Assembly (NCBI GenBank): GCA_036394995.1
Contig: DASWED010000062.1
Coordinates: 21,149-85,148 of the forward strand
Source of the DNA: Actinomycetota bacterium
Lineage (GTDB): Bacteria; Actinomycetota; UBA4738; JACQTL01
Direction: 5' to 3'
DNA length: 64,000 nt
A program made the position numbers and the translations under genes. The notes below the pieces were generated by a model. That model saw only the letters and a list, made by a program, of their open reading frames with translations. It was not told the origin of the DNA and did not search any database. The stretch's first letter is position 1; every line of letters begins with the position of its first letter. This document shows positions 28,259 to 37,350 of the stretch, piece by piece.

Positions 28259-29350
28259 CTATTCCGGGAGGATCACCGAGACCTCCACCGCCTTGAAGGC
28301 GGCGTGGACCGGGGTGCGTTCGGTGAGTCCCAGGCGGGTGACGGACGCTGCCGTGACCTCGGCGACGAGCGGGGGGGAGCTGGCGATGCGGATCCTGGCG
28401 CGGTCGGCGTCGCGGATGACGCTGGTGATGGGGCCGTGCAGGACGTTCCGGGCGGAGCCGCTCTCCGGCGGCGTGAGGAACAGCGCCACATCGGCGGGGC
28501 GGAGGATTCCGAGCACGCCGTCGGTGTCGCCCGCCGCGTCGGCGGGCCAGCCGACCACCACGTCGCCGTCGGGGGTCCTGAGGAGTCCGCTCCCGTCGTT
28601 CAGGCGGACCAGCGTTCCGGCGAACAGGTTGACGCCCACCAGCTCGGCGGCGTACGGGGTTCGTGGCGCGTCCCGGATCTCCTCGGGTGTCCCGACCTGC
28701 GTGACCCGGCCCTCCTCCATGAGCACCAGCTCGTCGGCCAGGGTCATGGCCTCCACGGGGTCGTGGGTGACCAGCACGCGGACGCCCGGGAAGCCGGCCA
28801 GCAGCTCGCGGAGCAGCGTGCGGATCTCGCCTCGGGAGCGGACGTCCAGCGCGGAGAGGGGTTCGTCCAGTAACAGCAGCCGCGGCTCGTGGACCAGGGC
28901 CCGGGCCAGCGCCACGCGCTGGGCCTCCCCACCCGACAGCTCGGCCGGCTTCGCGCCCGCCCGATGGGCCACGCCCAGCCTTTCCAGGAGCCGCGCAGCC
29001 CGGGCCCGGGCCTCGCGCCTCGCCACGCCTCGGGCCCGCAGCGGGAACGCCGCGTTCTCCAGCGCGGACAGGTGCGGGAACAGGAGGAGGTCCTGGAACA
29101 CCACGCCGACCGGCCGCCGCTCCGGGGGCAGGCGCACACCGTTCCCGTCGAGCTCCGCGCCATCAAGGACCACCCGACCTCGGACCTCTGGCTCCAACCC
29201 GGCCAGCGCCCGCACCACGGTGGACTTCCCGGCCCCGTTCGGCCCCAGCAGGGCCACCGTCCGGCCGGCGGGGATCCGCAGCGAGGCGTGGACGTCGAAC
29301 CGCTCCCGCGGCACCTCCACGGTCGCCTCGAGGGCGCCTGCGCCGTTCAC
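28259..29350 (-). CDS. modC: Molybdate ABC transporter ATP-binding protein with C-terminal TOBE/MOP domain
   Basis: Walker A 'LLGPNGAGKST', signature 'LSGGEAQRVALARAL', Walker B 'LLLLDEP'. C-terminal MOP domain. GTG at 29350 overlaps the modB stop (GTGA). Confidence 0.85.
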   Translation of the reverse strand: MNGAGALEATVEVPRERFDVHASLRIPAGRTVALLGPNGAGKSTVVRALAGLEPEVRGRVVLDGAELDGNGVRLPPERRPVGVVFQDLLLFPHLSALENAAFPLRARGVARREARARAARLLERLGVAHRAGAKPAELSGGEAQRVALARALVHEPRLLLLDEPLSALDVRSRGEIRTLLRELLAGFPGVRVLVTHDPVEAMTLADELVLMEEGRVTQVGTPEEIRDAPRTPYAAELVGVNLFAGTLVRLNDGSGLLRTPDGDVVVGWPADAAGDTDGVLGILRPADVALFLTPPESGSARNVLHGPITSVIRDADRARIRIASSPPLVAEVTAASVTRLGLTERTPVHAAFKAVEVSVILPE

Positions 29351-30171
29351 CGGGCCAGGACCCGGCCGCCCACGGCCACCAGCACGGCCACCGAGACCAC
29401 AAGCATGGCCAGGGAGATCACGATGGCCGCGCCGGGGTCGGTCTGGAGCGCCTGGAACACCGCGAGCGGGAGGGTCTGCGTGGTGCCGCGGAAGTTCCCC
29501 GCGAACGTGATGGTGGCGCCGAACTCCCCGAGGGCCCGGGCCCACGCCAGCACCAGCCCGCCCACCAACGCCGGCCGGACCTGCGGCATCGTCACACGCC
29601 GGAACACGTACCAGCGCGACGCCCCCAGCGTTCGAGCCGCGTCCTCGAACCGCGTGTCGAGCCCCCGGAACCCGGCCTCCAGCGCCAGGACCAGGAACGG
29701 CGCCGACACGAACGCCGCCGCCACCGCCGCCCCTACGGTCGTGAACGCGAGCGTCACCCCCGCGTGGCGCAGCAGCCCACCGACCAGGCCGAACTTCCCG
29801 AGCGCCGCGAGGAGCGCCACCCCGGCCACGACCGGCGGGAGCACGATCGGCAGCACCACCAGCGCCCGCACCACCCGCCGCCCCGGGAACGGCACGCGGG
29901 CCAGCACCCAGGCGACGGGGAGAGCGAGTGCCAGGGAGATCGCCGTGGCCAGCACAGTCACTTCCACCGACACCCGGAGTGCCGTCCACGCTCCAGATTG
30001 GGACAGCGCCGACCCCGCGCGCGACCACGGCGCCTTCACCGCGAGGGCCACCAGCGGAACCAGAACGAACGCCACCGCGGGAAGCGCGAGCAGGGCCGCG
30101 CCCAACCGGCGAGCCGGCGCCTGCCCCGCCACAGAAGGCGCCGGCGGAGATGCTGTTGTCGGGGTGGCCAC
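29347..30171 (-). CDS. modB: Molybdate ABC transporter permease
   Basis: ABC TM1 fold with EAA-like loop 'ALGEFGATITFAGN'. About 5-6 TM segments. Confidence 0.85.
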   Translation of the reverse strand: MATPTTASPPAPSVAGQAPARRLGAALLALPAVAFVLVPLVALAVKAPWSRAGSALSQSGAWTALRVSVEVTVLATAISLALALPVAWVLARVPFPGRRVVRALVVLPIVLPPVVAGVALLAALGKFGLVGGLLRHAGVTLAFTTVGAAVAAAFVSAPFLVLALEAGFRGLDTRFEDAARTLGASRWYVFRRVTMPQVRPALVGGLVLAWARALGEFGATITFAGNFRGTTQTLPLAVFQALQTDPGAAIVISLAMLVVSVAVLVAVGGRVLAR

Positions 30172-30173
30172 GC

Positions 30174-30941
30174 TTACCTCGCCGGAAGGAATCCGGCCGA
30201 CCGCAGCACGTCCTGGCCGGGCCCCTCGACGTACCGGACGAACGTCGCGGCCAAGCCGGGGACGTCCGACCCGTCCACCACGGCGATCGGATTCTGGGCG
30301 ATCACGTTGACGTCATCCGGGATCGCGACGGCTCGCACCTGCGTTCGGACATCCGGCGTGACGTCCGTGACGTACACGATCCCGGCGTCGGCCTCGCCCG
30401 CGGCGACCTTCTGCAACACGCCCTTCACGTCGATCTCGTTCGAGACCACGTTCGCCAGCGCGGCGTCGGCGATGCCGGCGTTGTCCAGCATCTGCCGCGC
30501 GTAGTCGCCGGCCGGCACGCCCTCCGCGGCCAGCACGAGCTTCACGCCGGGCTTCGCCAGGTCGTCGACGCGCTCGATCCCCGCCGGGTCCGACGCCGGC
30601 ACCACGATCGTCAGGCGGTTCCGGGCGAAGTCGGCTCGGTGGCTCACGCCCGGGTCGTCGGCTACCGCATCCATCCACTTCTCGCTCGCGGAGGCGAACA
30701 CGTCGGCCGGCGCCCCCTGCTGGATCTGCTGGGCCAGTCCGTCAGAAGGGCCGAAGCCGAACCGGACCGATACCTCTCCCGGATGCTGCTGTTCAAAGTC
30801 GTGGCCGATGGCCTGGAACGACTCCGTCAGCGACGCGGCCGCGAGGACCGTGACCGTGGCGCCGCCGTCGTCGATGTGCCCCTGCGAACACGCCGCGGAC
30901 AACAGCAGCGAGCAGATCGCGAGCGGAGCCAGACGCCTCAC
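30174..30941 (-). CDS. modA: Molybdate-binding periplasmic lipoprotein
   Basis: GTG at 30941 overlaps the modE-like stop (GTGA). Lipobox 'LLLSAACSQ'. ModA motifs 'VTVLAAASL', 'VFASAS', 'GIVYVTDV'. Confidence 0.85.
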   Translation of the reverse strand: MRRLAPLAICSLLLSAACSQGHIDDGGATVTVLAAASLTESFQAIGHDFEQQHPGEVSVRFGFGPSDGLAQQIQQGAPADVFASASEKWMDAVADDPGVSHRADFARNRLTIVVPASDPAGIERVDDLAKPGVKLVLAAEGVPAGDYARQMLDNAGIADAALANVVSNEIDVKGVLQKVAAGEADAGIVYVTDVTPDVRTQVRAVAIPDDVNVIAQNPIAVVDGSDVPGLAATFVRYVEGPGQDVLRSAGFLPAR

Positions 30942-31330
30942 GCCGGTACCTCGACGAAGACGTTCGTGGCCTTCACGGTGGCTACGGCCTGCATCCCGGG
31001 CTTCAGTAGCAGCTCGTCCGCCGATTCCCGCGTGATGAGCGCCAGAACGCGGTGGGGACCGGCCAGGATCTCCACGGTCGCCACCAGCTTGTCCTTCTTC
31101 ACGGCGGTGATGACGCCGGGGAAGTGGTTCCGGGCCGACGTCGCGGCCATCGGCCCCTGACGCTCGCGGCGCACGGCCAGCAGCCGTGCGACCTCGGATG
31201 CCGGGACCTTGCGCTGGCCACCGGCCGTTCGAAGGGTCTTGAGCTTCCCCTGCCGCTCCCACCGCCGGAGGGTCTCCACCCGAACCCCCAGCACCGAGGC
31301 CGCCTCGCCGATCCGATAGCTGTCGTCCAT
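30938..31330 (-). CDS. MerR-type HTH + TOBE/MOP domain molybdenum-responsive regulator (ModE/MopB-like)
   Basis: N-terminal HTH 'YRIGEAASVLGVRVETLRRWERQG'. C-terminal molybdopterin-binding 'NHFPGVITAVKKDKLVATVEILAG'. Heads the modABC operon. Confidence 0.7.
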   Translation of the reverse strand: MDDSYRIGEAASVLGVRVETLRRWERQGKLKTLRTAGGQRKVPASEVARLLAVRRERQGPMAATSARNHFPGVITAVKKDKLVATVEILAGPHRVLALITRESADELLLKPGMQAVATVKATNVFVEVPA

Positions 31331-31393
31331 GGAAAGGGAGTGTAACGGCATCCATTCGCCAGCGAAACCTGGCGAACATGAGATAGAAAGCTG

Positions 31394-32374
31394 TCAGACG
31401 TTGAAGCGGACGTGGAGGATGTCGCCCTCGCGGACGACGTAATCCTTCCCCTCCACGCGGAGCTGGCCCTTCGTCTTCGCGGCGTTCCAGCTGCCGGCGG
31501 CCACCAGGTCCTCGTAGCTCACGACCTCCGCCCGGATGAATCCCCGCTGGAGATCGGTGTGGATGGCGCCGGCGGCTTCCGGCGCGGTGGCGCCCCGGCG
31601 GACCTCCCAGGCCCGGGTCTCGTCCTCCCCGGTGGTGAGGAACGTGATGAGGTCGAGGGCCCGGTAGCACGCGGCGATCACGGACTCGAGCCCGGGCTCG
31701 GTCACTCCGAACTCCGCCAGCAGCTCCCGGGCCTCCTCCTCGTCCATGCCGGCGGTCTCGGCCTCGATCGACGCGAACACGGCGACGGTGCCCTCCGGCA
31801 GCCCGTCCGGGAGCGCCGCGCCCTCCTCGAGGTTCGCCACGGGGATCCACGGCTTCAGCGTGAGCGGCGCCAGGCCCCGCAGGTGCGCCCGAGCATCCTC
31901 GTCGAACCCGACCTCGCGCAGCGCGCGCTCCTCCGACAGCGCCGCGTGCGCGCGCTCCAGCGTGTCGATCTCCGGAACGGCCCCCGAGCGGCCCTTGGCC
32001 CGGCGTCGCGCGTTCTCCAGCGCCGACTCCACCACGGCGAGGTCGGCCAGCAGCAGCTCGGCCAGGACCTCGGACAGGTCCCGGGCCGGATCCGCCTCCG
32101 GACCGAACGCCCGGAGCACCACGCCGAGGGCGTCGACCTCCCGCATGGCGGCCAGCCCCTGCGCGCCGGTCCCGCCCGGCACGTCCACGAACCGGACCTG
32201 CGCCGCGACGGTCTTGCGGGACCGTTCGAGCTCGGTCAGGACGGCGAGCCGCGGATCGGGAACCGGGACCACGGCCTGGTTGGCCCGTCCGCCCGCCGCC
32301 CCCGCTCGGGTCAGCGCAGTGAACAGCGTGGACTTCCCCGAGAACGGCAACCCGACCAGCCCGATGTCCCTCAT
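31394..32374 (-). CDS. ychF: Ribosome-binding ATPase YchF (Obg-family)
   Basis: G1 'GLVGLPFSGKSTLFTALT'. C-terminal TGS/YchF_C domain 'RAWEVRRGATAPEAAGAIHTDLQRGFIRAEVV'. ATG at 32374. Confidence 0.9.
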   Translation of the reverse strand: MRDIGLVGLPFSGKSTLFTALTRAGAAGGRANQAVVPVPDPRLAVLTELERSRKTVAAQVRFVDVPGGTGAQGLAAMREVDALGVVLRAFGPEADPARDLSEVLAELLLADLAVVESALENARRRAKGRSGAVPEIDTLERAHAALSEERALREVGFDEDARAHLRGLAPLTLKPWIPVANLEEGAALPDGLPEGTVAVFASIEAETAGMDEEEARELLAEFGVTEPGLESVIAACYRALDLITFLTTGEDETRAWEVRRGATAPEAAGAIHTDLQRGFIRAEVVSYEDLVAAGSWNAAKTKGQLRVEGKDYVVREGDILHVRFNV

Positions 32375-32484
32375 GGGGCTGGCGAGCGTATCAAGCGCGG
32401 GGGTACCATTCGCCATCGCCGGATCCGGCGCGGAGGCGCCGAGCAACCCGCCGACCGGTCAGTGGTCGTCGCAGGGAGGGAGCC

Positions 32485-32820
32485 GTGAAGCGATCCGATC
32501 GGCCGCGCCGTGGTACCCGCGCCTGGGCGCTGCTCATGCTGGCCGTCAACCTCATCGGCGCCACGTGGCTGGCCGTCCACCTGGCCTCCACCGAGCACGA
32601 GGTGGTGGGGGCGATCGGCATCGGGCTGCTGGCGACGGCGGTCTTCCTGGGGAACCAGCGAGCCATCCGCGCGGCACGCGACGCCGCCCCCCGCTCCCGC
32701 ACTCCGATGGGCCCGCAGGGCCAGATGTGGGGCCCCGAGCCACGGATGCCGGAGATCCGGATCACCGAGCAGATCGACTCCCCGCGCCCGAAGCTCGGCG
32801 CGCCCGGGTCGCTGAACTGA
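32485..32820 (+). CDS. Hypothetical 2-TM membrane protein
   Basis: GTG after a GGAGGGAG Shine-Dalgarno. Two hydrophobic helices 'AWALLMLAVNLIGATWLAVHL' and 'VVGAIGIGLLATAVFLG'. Confidence 0.5.
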   Translation: MKRSDRPRRGTRAWALLMLAVNLIGATWLAVHLASTEHEVVGAIGIGLLATAVFLGNQRAIRAARDAAPRSRTPMGPQGQMWGPEPRMPEIRITEQIDSPRPKLGAPGSLN

Positions 32821-32828
32821 TCGCCGGA

Positions 32829-33260
32829 CTACGCGGCCTTCTTGGTGGCCCAGAAGATCTCCCCGATCTGGTCGATGAGGTCGAGGAGCTTCTTGCCCTG
32901 GGCCGGGTCCGTGGACTTCTTGGCCTCTCCGGCCTCCTTGGTGGCCTTCCAGAACAGGTCGTGGAGGTCGGCGTGCTGCTCGAGGTGCTCGGGCTTGAAG
33001 TAGTCGGTCCACAGCACCCACAGGTGGTGCTTCACCAGGTCGGCCCGCTCCTCCTTGATCACCAGGCACCGGGCCCTGAAGTCGTCCTCGGTTTCCGAGG
33101 GCTTCTTCTGGTTCGCGGCGTCGCCGTACTTCTCCTGGATCTTCGCCACGGATTCGGCTTCGATCCGGGCCTGTGCGGGGTCGTACACGCCGCACGGCAG
33201 GTCGCAGTGGGCGTGGACGACGCGGGTCGGCCTGAGCAACGCTTGGAGCAGCTGTCGCAT
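32829..33260 (-). CDS. sodN: Nickel-containing superoxide dismutase precursor
   Basis: Ni-hook 'HCDLPCGVYDPAQARIEAESV' preceded by a 14-aa propeptide. Near full-length match to Streptomyces SodN. ATG at 33260 with a GAGGAGG Shine-Dalgarno. Confidence 0.9.
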   Translation of the reverse strand: MRQLLQALLRPTRVVHAHCDLPCGVYDPAQARIEAESVAKIQEKYGDAANQKKPSETEDDFRARCLVIKEERADLVKHHLWVLWTDYFKPEHLEQHADLHDLFWKATKEAGEAKKSTDPAQGKKLLDLIDQIGEIFWATKKAA

Positions 33261-33286
33261 GTCGCCTCCTCGCTCGAAGGACGGAA

Positions 33287-33763
33287 GTGACTTCCCGGAC
33301 AACCTATCACCGGGGGCCGAACCCCCGTTCGCGAGGGCCCACCGTGGCCGCCGCGGTCGCGCTCGTGGCGCTGGCCCTGGCCCGGCTCCGCCCGCTGCGG
33401 GCCGAGGTCCGGGGCCCGAGCATGGAGCCGAGCCTGCTCGATGGCGACTGGGTCCTCGCCCTCCGGCTCCGGCCGGCCGTGGGCGACGTCGTGGTGGTGG
33501 AGCACCCCGGCCGGCCGGGGTTCGAGATCGTGAAGCGGGTGGCTGCCGGCCCCGGTGACGAGATCCACGTGCTTCCCGGCGGACGACCCCTGCCCGGTCC
33601 CGTTCGCCTGGGCGCCGGCGAATGGTTCCTCACCGGCGACCGGCTCGACGCGTCCACCGACAGCAGGGCGTTCGGCCCCGTGGGGACCCGTAACATCCGC
33701 GGCGTGGTCCGCCTGGCCTACCGCCCCGGGGCCGGGTTCGTCGCCCTCCGCCGGAGGCCGTAA
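33287..33763 (+). CDS. sodX: S26 signal-peptidase-like NiSOD maturation protease
   Basis: 'GPSMEPSL' Ser box and 'VVVVEHPGRPGFEIVKRV' Lys box of the S26 family. Divergent from sodN. GTG at 33287; an alternative in-frame GTG lies at 33344. Confidence 0.8.
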   Translation: MTSRTTYHRGPNPRSRGPTVAAAVALVALALARLRPLRAEVRGPSMEPSLLDGDWVLALRLRPAVGDVVVVEHPGRPGFEIVKRVAAGPGDEIHVLPGGRPLPGPVRLGAGEWFLTGDRLDASTDSRAFGPVGTRNIRGVVRLAYRPGAGFVALRRRP

Positions 33764-33862
33764 CACGCCCCCGGGCGCCGGGACTACGCTCGCAGGCGGC
33801 GTGGGCCGTGAGGAACGCGGGCCCGCCCGGAAGCCATCCGGCGATCGAACGAAAGGGAGTCG

Positions 33863-35254
33863 ATGGACTACGACCTCGTGGTGATCGGGACCGGCGCGTC
33901 GGGGGAGGCCGCGGCGTACGCCGGCGCGGAAGCCGGCCGGAAGGTGGCCGTGGTCGAACGGGACCTGGTGGGCGGCCTGTGCTCGTTCTGGGCGTGCATG
34001 CCCACCAAGACGCTGCTCGACTCGGCCCGGCGCCGCCACGAGGGCGCGGACTACCCGTGGCAGCGGGCCTCGGCCCGGCGGGACTGGATGATCTCCCGCG
34101 AGGGCATCGACTACCCGGACGACTCCGGCCACCTGAAGGGCCTGGAGGGCGCCGGGGTCGAGGTGATGCGGGGGGAGGCCAGGATCACGGGGCCCGGCCG
34201 GCTGGAGGTCGCGCCGAACGGGAACGGGGGCCGCCCCCGTTCGTTCGAGACCCGAAACGTCGTGATCGCCGCGGGCTCCACTCCGTTCATCCCGCCCATC
34301 GAGGGCCTCCGCGAGGCCGGGTACTGGACCAGCAACGACGCGTCGTCCACCCGCGAGCTCCCGTCGTCCATTGTGGTGCTGGGCGGGGGCCCGGTGGGGG
34401 TGGAGCTGGCCCAGGCGTACTCCCGGTTCGGCGTGAAGGTGACGCTGATCGAGGGGAGCCGGCTCCTGGCCCGCGAACACCCCCGCACGGCCGAGGTGGT
34501 CTCCGCCCAGCTGGAACGGGAGGGCGTGGACATCCGGATCGGGGCGCACGCCGTGAAGGTCACCGCGGGAGGGGCGGGACGGATCGTCGAGCTCGACGAC
34601 GGCACCACCGCCGAGGGCGCCGAGCTGCTGGTCTCGGTGGGCCGGCGAGCGGCCGACCTCCGGGCCATGGGGGTGGAGGAGGCCGGCGGACGCCTCACCG
34701 ATCGCGGCGTGGCAGACCACGACGAGCACCTGGCGATCGGCGACGGCCTGTACGTGGCCGGCGACGCGGCCGGGGGCCTCCAGTTCACCCACGTGGCCGA
34801 CTACGAGGGCCGGGTGGCCGCCTGGAACGTCGTCGGTCGAACGCACGTGCTGGACATCGAGTCCGTGCCGAAGACCACGTTCACCGAACCGGAGACCGGC
34901 GCGGTGGGGATCACGGTGGAGGAGGCCCAGCAGCGCGGGATCGACGCGTTCGAGGTGACGCAGGACTTCTCCGTCACCGCCCGCGGGTACTCGATCGAGC
35001 CGCCGTGGCCGTCCCACACCGCGATCCTGGAGGGCGCGCCGGGGCACGTCACCGCGGTGGTCGATCGGGAGCGCAAGGTCCTGGTGGGCGCGTTCGCCGC
35101 GTGTCCGGGCGCGTCGGAGCTCATCCACGAGGGCGTGATCGCGGTCAAGGCCGGGATCCCGGTGAGCGTCCTGGCCGACGCCATCCACGCGTTCCCCACG
35201 GCGGCCCGGGTGTTCGGCAACCTCATGCTCGACGCCGACAAGCAGCTGCGGTAG
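33863..35254 (+). CDS. FAD-dependent pyridine nucleotide-disulfide oxidoreductase (Lpd/mercuric-reductase-like)
   Basis: 'LVVIGTGASGEAAA' FAD motif. Redox disulfide 'GGLCSFWACMPTK'. NAD motif 'VVLGGGPVGVELA'. C-terminal dimerisation domain. Confidence 0.8.
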   Translation: MDYDLVVIGTGASGEAAAYAGAEAGRKVAVVERDLVGGLCSFWACMPTKTLLDSARRRHEGADYPWQRASARRDWMISREGIDYPDDSGHLKGLEGAGVEVMRGEARITGPGRLEVAPNGNGGRPRSFETRNVVIAAGSTPFIPPIEGLREAGYWTSNDASSTRELPSSIVVLGGGPVGVELAQAYSRFGVKVTLIEGSRLLAREHPRTAEVVSAQLEREGVDIRIGAHAVKVTAGGAGRIVELDDGTTAEGAELLVSVGRRAADLRAMGVEEAGGRLTDRGVADHDEHLAIGDGLYVAGDAAGGLQFTHVADYEGRVAAWNVVGRTHVLDIESVPKTTFTEPETGAVGITVEEAQQRGIDAFEVTQDFSVTARGYSIEPPWPSHTAILEGAPGHVTAVVDRERKVLVGAFAACPGASELIHEGVIAVKAGIPVSVLADAIHAFPTAARVFGNLMLDADKQLR

Positions 35255-35606
35255 TCGCACTTGGCACTCAGCCGGCGTGCCCGGGGAGGACGGGAGGTGC
35301 CCAACCGCATTCAGGGGTTGTGAGGGCTGGTCTCCAGGACGAGCCGACCAGGGTCATCAGCGTCCCAGCGGCCCTCGCCCCCACCGGCAGCAGCACGGCG
35401 AACCACGTCACCGCGACCATGACCATGCCGAACTGCCGGAAGGTGGGAGTCCGGCCCTCCGGATGCGACGCCCGCATCATCGCGGTCCCCTTTCCCTGAG
35501 GTGCTCGAGATGGTGAGCGCTCCGGTCGGGGTCGAATCACCCCGTTGGCCAGAGCTCCGTGGACGACATCCCGGCAACGTCGGGCGTCCCGTACCATGGA
35601 GGGACG

Positions 35607-35879
35607 ATGGTGGTTCTGGTGCTGCTGCTGCTCCTTGCCGCCGCCCTCGGGATCCTGGGGGTGGTGATCAAGGTCGCCCTGGTGATCGTGCTCTCGGTGG
35701 TGCTGTCCATCGTGCTGCTCGGGGTGATCGGCTACTACTACGCCCGGCACCGGTTCCGGCGGTTCGTGAAGGAAGCCCAGCGCCGGGGGCAGGTCCGCCC
35801 GGGTCCGGGGGGGCCGCCGGACGACCGCGGCTACCCCACCACCGGCACGAAGGGTCCCGGCCCGCAGCTGCCGGAGTAG
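35607..35879 (+). CDS. Hypothetical small membrane protein (2 TM, 90 aa)
   Basis: ATG after a GGAGGG Shine-Dalgarno. 'MVVLVLLLLLAAALGILGVVIKVALVIVLSVVLSIVLLGVIGYYYARHRFRRF'. Confidence 0.5.
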   Translation: MVVLVLLLLLAAALGILGVVIKVALVIVLSVVLSIVLLGVIGYYYARHRFRRFVKEAQRRGQVRPGPGGPPDDRGYPTTGTKGPGPQLPE

Positions 35880-35883
35880 CCGC

Positions 35884-37116
35884 GTGGAGTTCGACATCCG
35901 CGTCCTCCAGGAAGATCAGTGGCCGGACTTCGTCCGGGCCGCCTTCGTCCCGTTCGGAGGGCACGCCACCGAGGAGGACATCCGCGATTCCCGGGTGGAG
36001 TTCGAACCCGGGCGCTCCCTGGCGGTGTTCGACCGGGACCAGATCGTGGGGACCACCTCGGTGATCTCGTTGCAGATGACGGTTCCCGGCAGGGCCCAGG
36101 TGCCGGCCGCCGGGGTGACCACGGTCGGCGTGGCTCCCACGCACCGCCGCCGGGGGATGCTCCGGGCGCTGATGCGGCGCCAGCTGGACGACTCCCGGGA
36201 CCACGGCGACGTCCTCTCGGCGCTGTGGGCCAGCGAGGCCCCCATCTACCAGCGGTTCGGGTACGGGACCGGGACCCGCGCGATCATCGCCACCGTGTCG
36301 CGGGACCATGCTTCGTTCCTCCGGCCGCTCCCGGACCCCGGCCGGGTCCGGCTCCTGCCGTTCGACGACGCCATGAAGGAGCTGGCCCCCGTGTACGAGC
36401 GGGTCCGCGCCGAGACCCCGGGCATGATCGAACGGAACCACGACTGGTGGGTGTACCGGTTCCGCCACGAGGACAGCGAACATCACCGCCAGGGCGGCTG
36501 GGGCAAGATGTTCTTCGCCCTCCACGAGGGGCCCGAGGGACCCGACGCGTACGCCGTGTACCGGGTGAAGCTGGGGGACGAGGACGGCGTGGACATCGGC
36601 GCCGTCCAGGTGGTGGAGGCCATGGCCACCTCCCCCGCCAGCACCCAGGCCATGTGGTCCTACGTGTTCGGCATCGACCTCGTCCGCACGATCGAGTTCT
36701 GGAACCGCCCCGTGGACGACCCCCTGTTCTCGATGGCCCTCGACGTCCGGAGGTTCGGGATCAAGGTCATCGACGGGATGTGGATCCGCCTCCTGGACGT
36801 CCCCGCGGCGCTCTCCGCGCGCACCTACGGGTCGGAGGGACGCGTGGTCCTCGAGGTCCGGGACGAGATCTGCCCCTGGAACGAGGGACGGTTCGAGCTG
36901 GTGGGTGGCCCGGGCGGCGCGGAGTGCCGGGCCACGGACGGCGATCCCGACCTGGTCCTCACCGCGAACGAGCTCGGCGCGGCGTACCTCGGCGGGACCC
37001 GTCTCGGCAACCTCCTCCGGGCCGGCCGCATCGAGGAGCTCACCCCGGGGGCGGTCGCGACGGCGGACGCCATGTTCGCCGGCGACCGCGACCCCTGGTG
37101 CCCCCACCAGTTCTGA
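35884..37116 (+). CDS. eis: Eis-like GNAT N-acetyltransferase with C-terminal SCP2 domain
   Basis: GNAT core 'VGVAPTHRRRGMLRALM' plus the Eis-type tripartite architecture (GNAT + GNAT-like + sterol-carrier fold). About 410 aa. Confidence 0.8.
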   Translation: MEFDIRVLQEDQWPDFVRAAFVPFGGHATEEDIRDSRVEFEPGRSLAVFDRDQIVGTTSVISLQMTVPGRAQVPAAGVTTVGVAPTHRRRGMLRALMRRQLDDSRDHGDVLSALWASEAPIYQRFGYGTGTRAIIATVSRDHASFLRPLPDPGRVRLLPFDDAMKELAPVYERVRAETPGMIERNHDWWVYRFRHEDSEHHRQGGWGKMFFALHEGPEGPDAYAVYRVKLGDEDGVDIGAVQVVEAMATSPASTQAMWSYVFGIDLVRTIEFWNRPVDDPLFSMALDVRRFGIKVIDGMWIRLLDVPAALSARTYGSEGRVVLEVRDEICPWNEGRFELVGGPGGAECRATDGDPDLVLTANELGAAYLGGTRLGNLLRAGRIEELTPGAVATADAMFAGDRDPWCPHQF

Positions 37117-37138
37117 CGGACCCTGAAGAGGAGGTCGC

Positions 37139-37339
37139 ATGGGGAAGGTGTGGTTCCAGCTGTCCGTGTCCCTCGATGGGTACTCGGCCGGCCCGAACCA
37201 GAGTCGGGACGACCCCATCGGCGTCGGCGGGATGCGGCTGTTCGAGTGGCATTTCGCCCTCGAGCTCGAGCAGATCAGGGTCGTCGAGGCGCCCGGCGTC
37301 ACGCACGTCAAGTACCGGGTCGTCGGCCCGCCCCGGTAG
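37139..37339 (+). pseudogene. Internally deleted remnant of a RibD_C / dihydrofolate-reductase-family gene (66 aa, in frame)
   Basis: N-terminus 'MGKVWFQLSVSLDGYSAGPN...GGMRLFEWHF' and C-terminus '...VTHVKYRVV' both match the family start and end. The ~110-aa central fold is absent. Confidence 0.5.
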
Positions 37340-37350
37340 GCGGCCGCCGC

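Noticed and set aside
31351-31351. Longer modE-like start (MPLHSLSMDD..., ATG 31351)
   Set aside because: The HTH begins at YRIGEAASVLGV. Homologues start only a few residues before the HTH, so ATG 31330 is preferred. The 7 extra residues cannot be excluded.
35268-35480. 70-aa minus-strand ORF (MMRASHPEGRTPTFRQFGMVMVAVTWFAVLLPVG...) convergent with the Lpd-like gene
   Set aside because: It has a hydrophobic segment and a fair GC3 in the first 50 codons. But the Shine-Dalgarno is weak, GC3 drops at the 3' end, and there is no recognisable family. It is kept only as a possibility.
35515-35552. tRNA-like T-arm motif (GGGGTCGAATCACCCC followed by GTTGGCCA)
   Set aside because: No complementary 5' acceptor strand or anticodon/D arms upstream, so it is not a tRNA gene or a convincing fragment.
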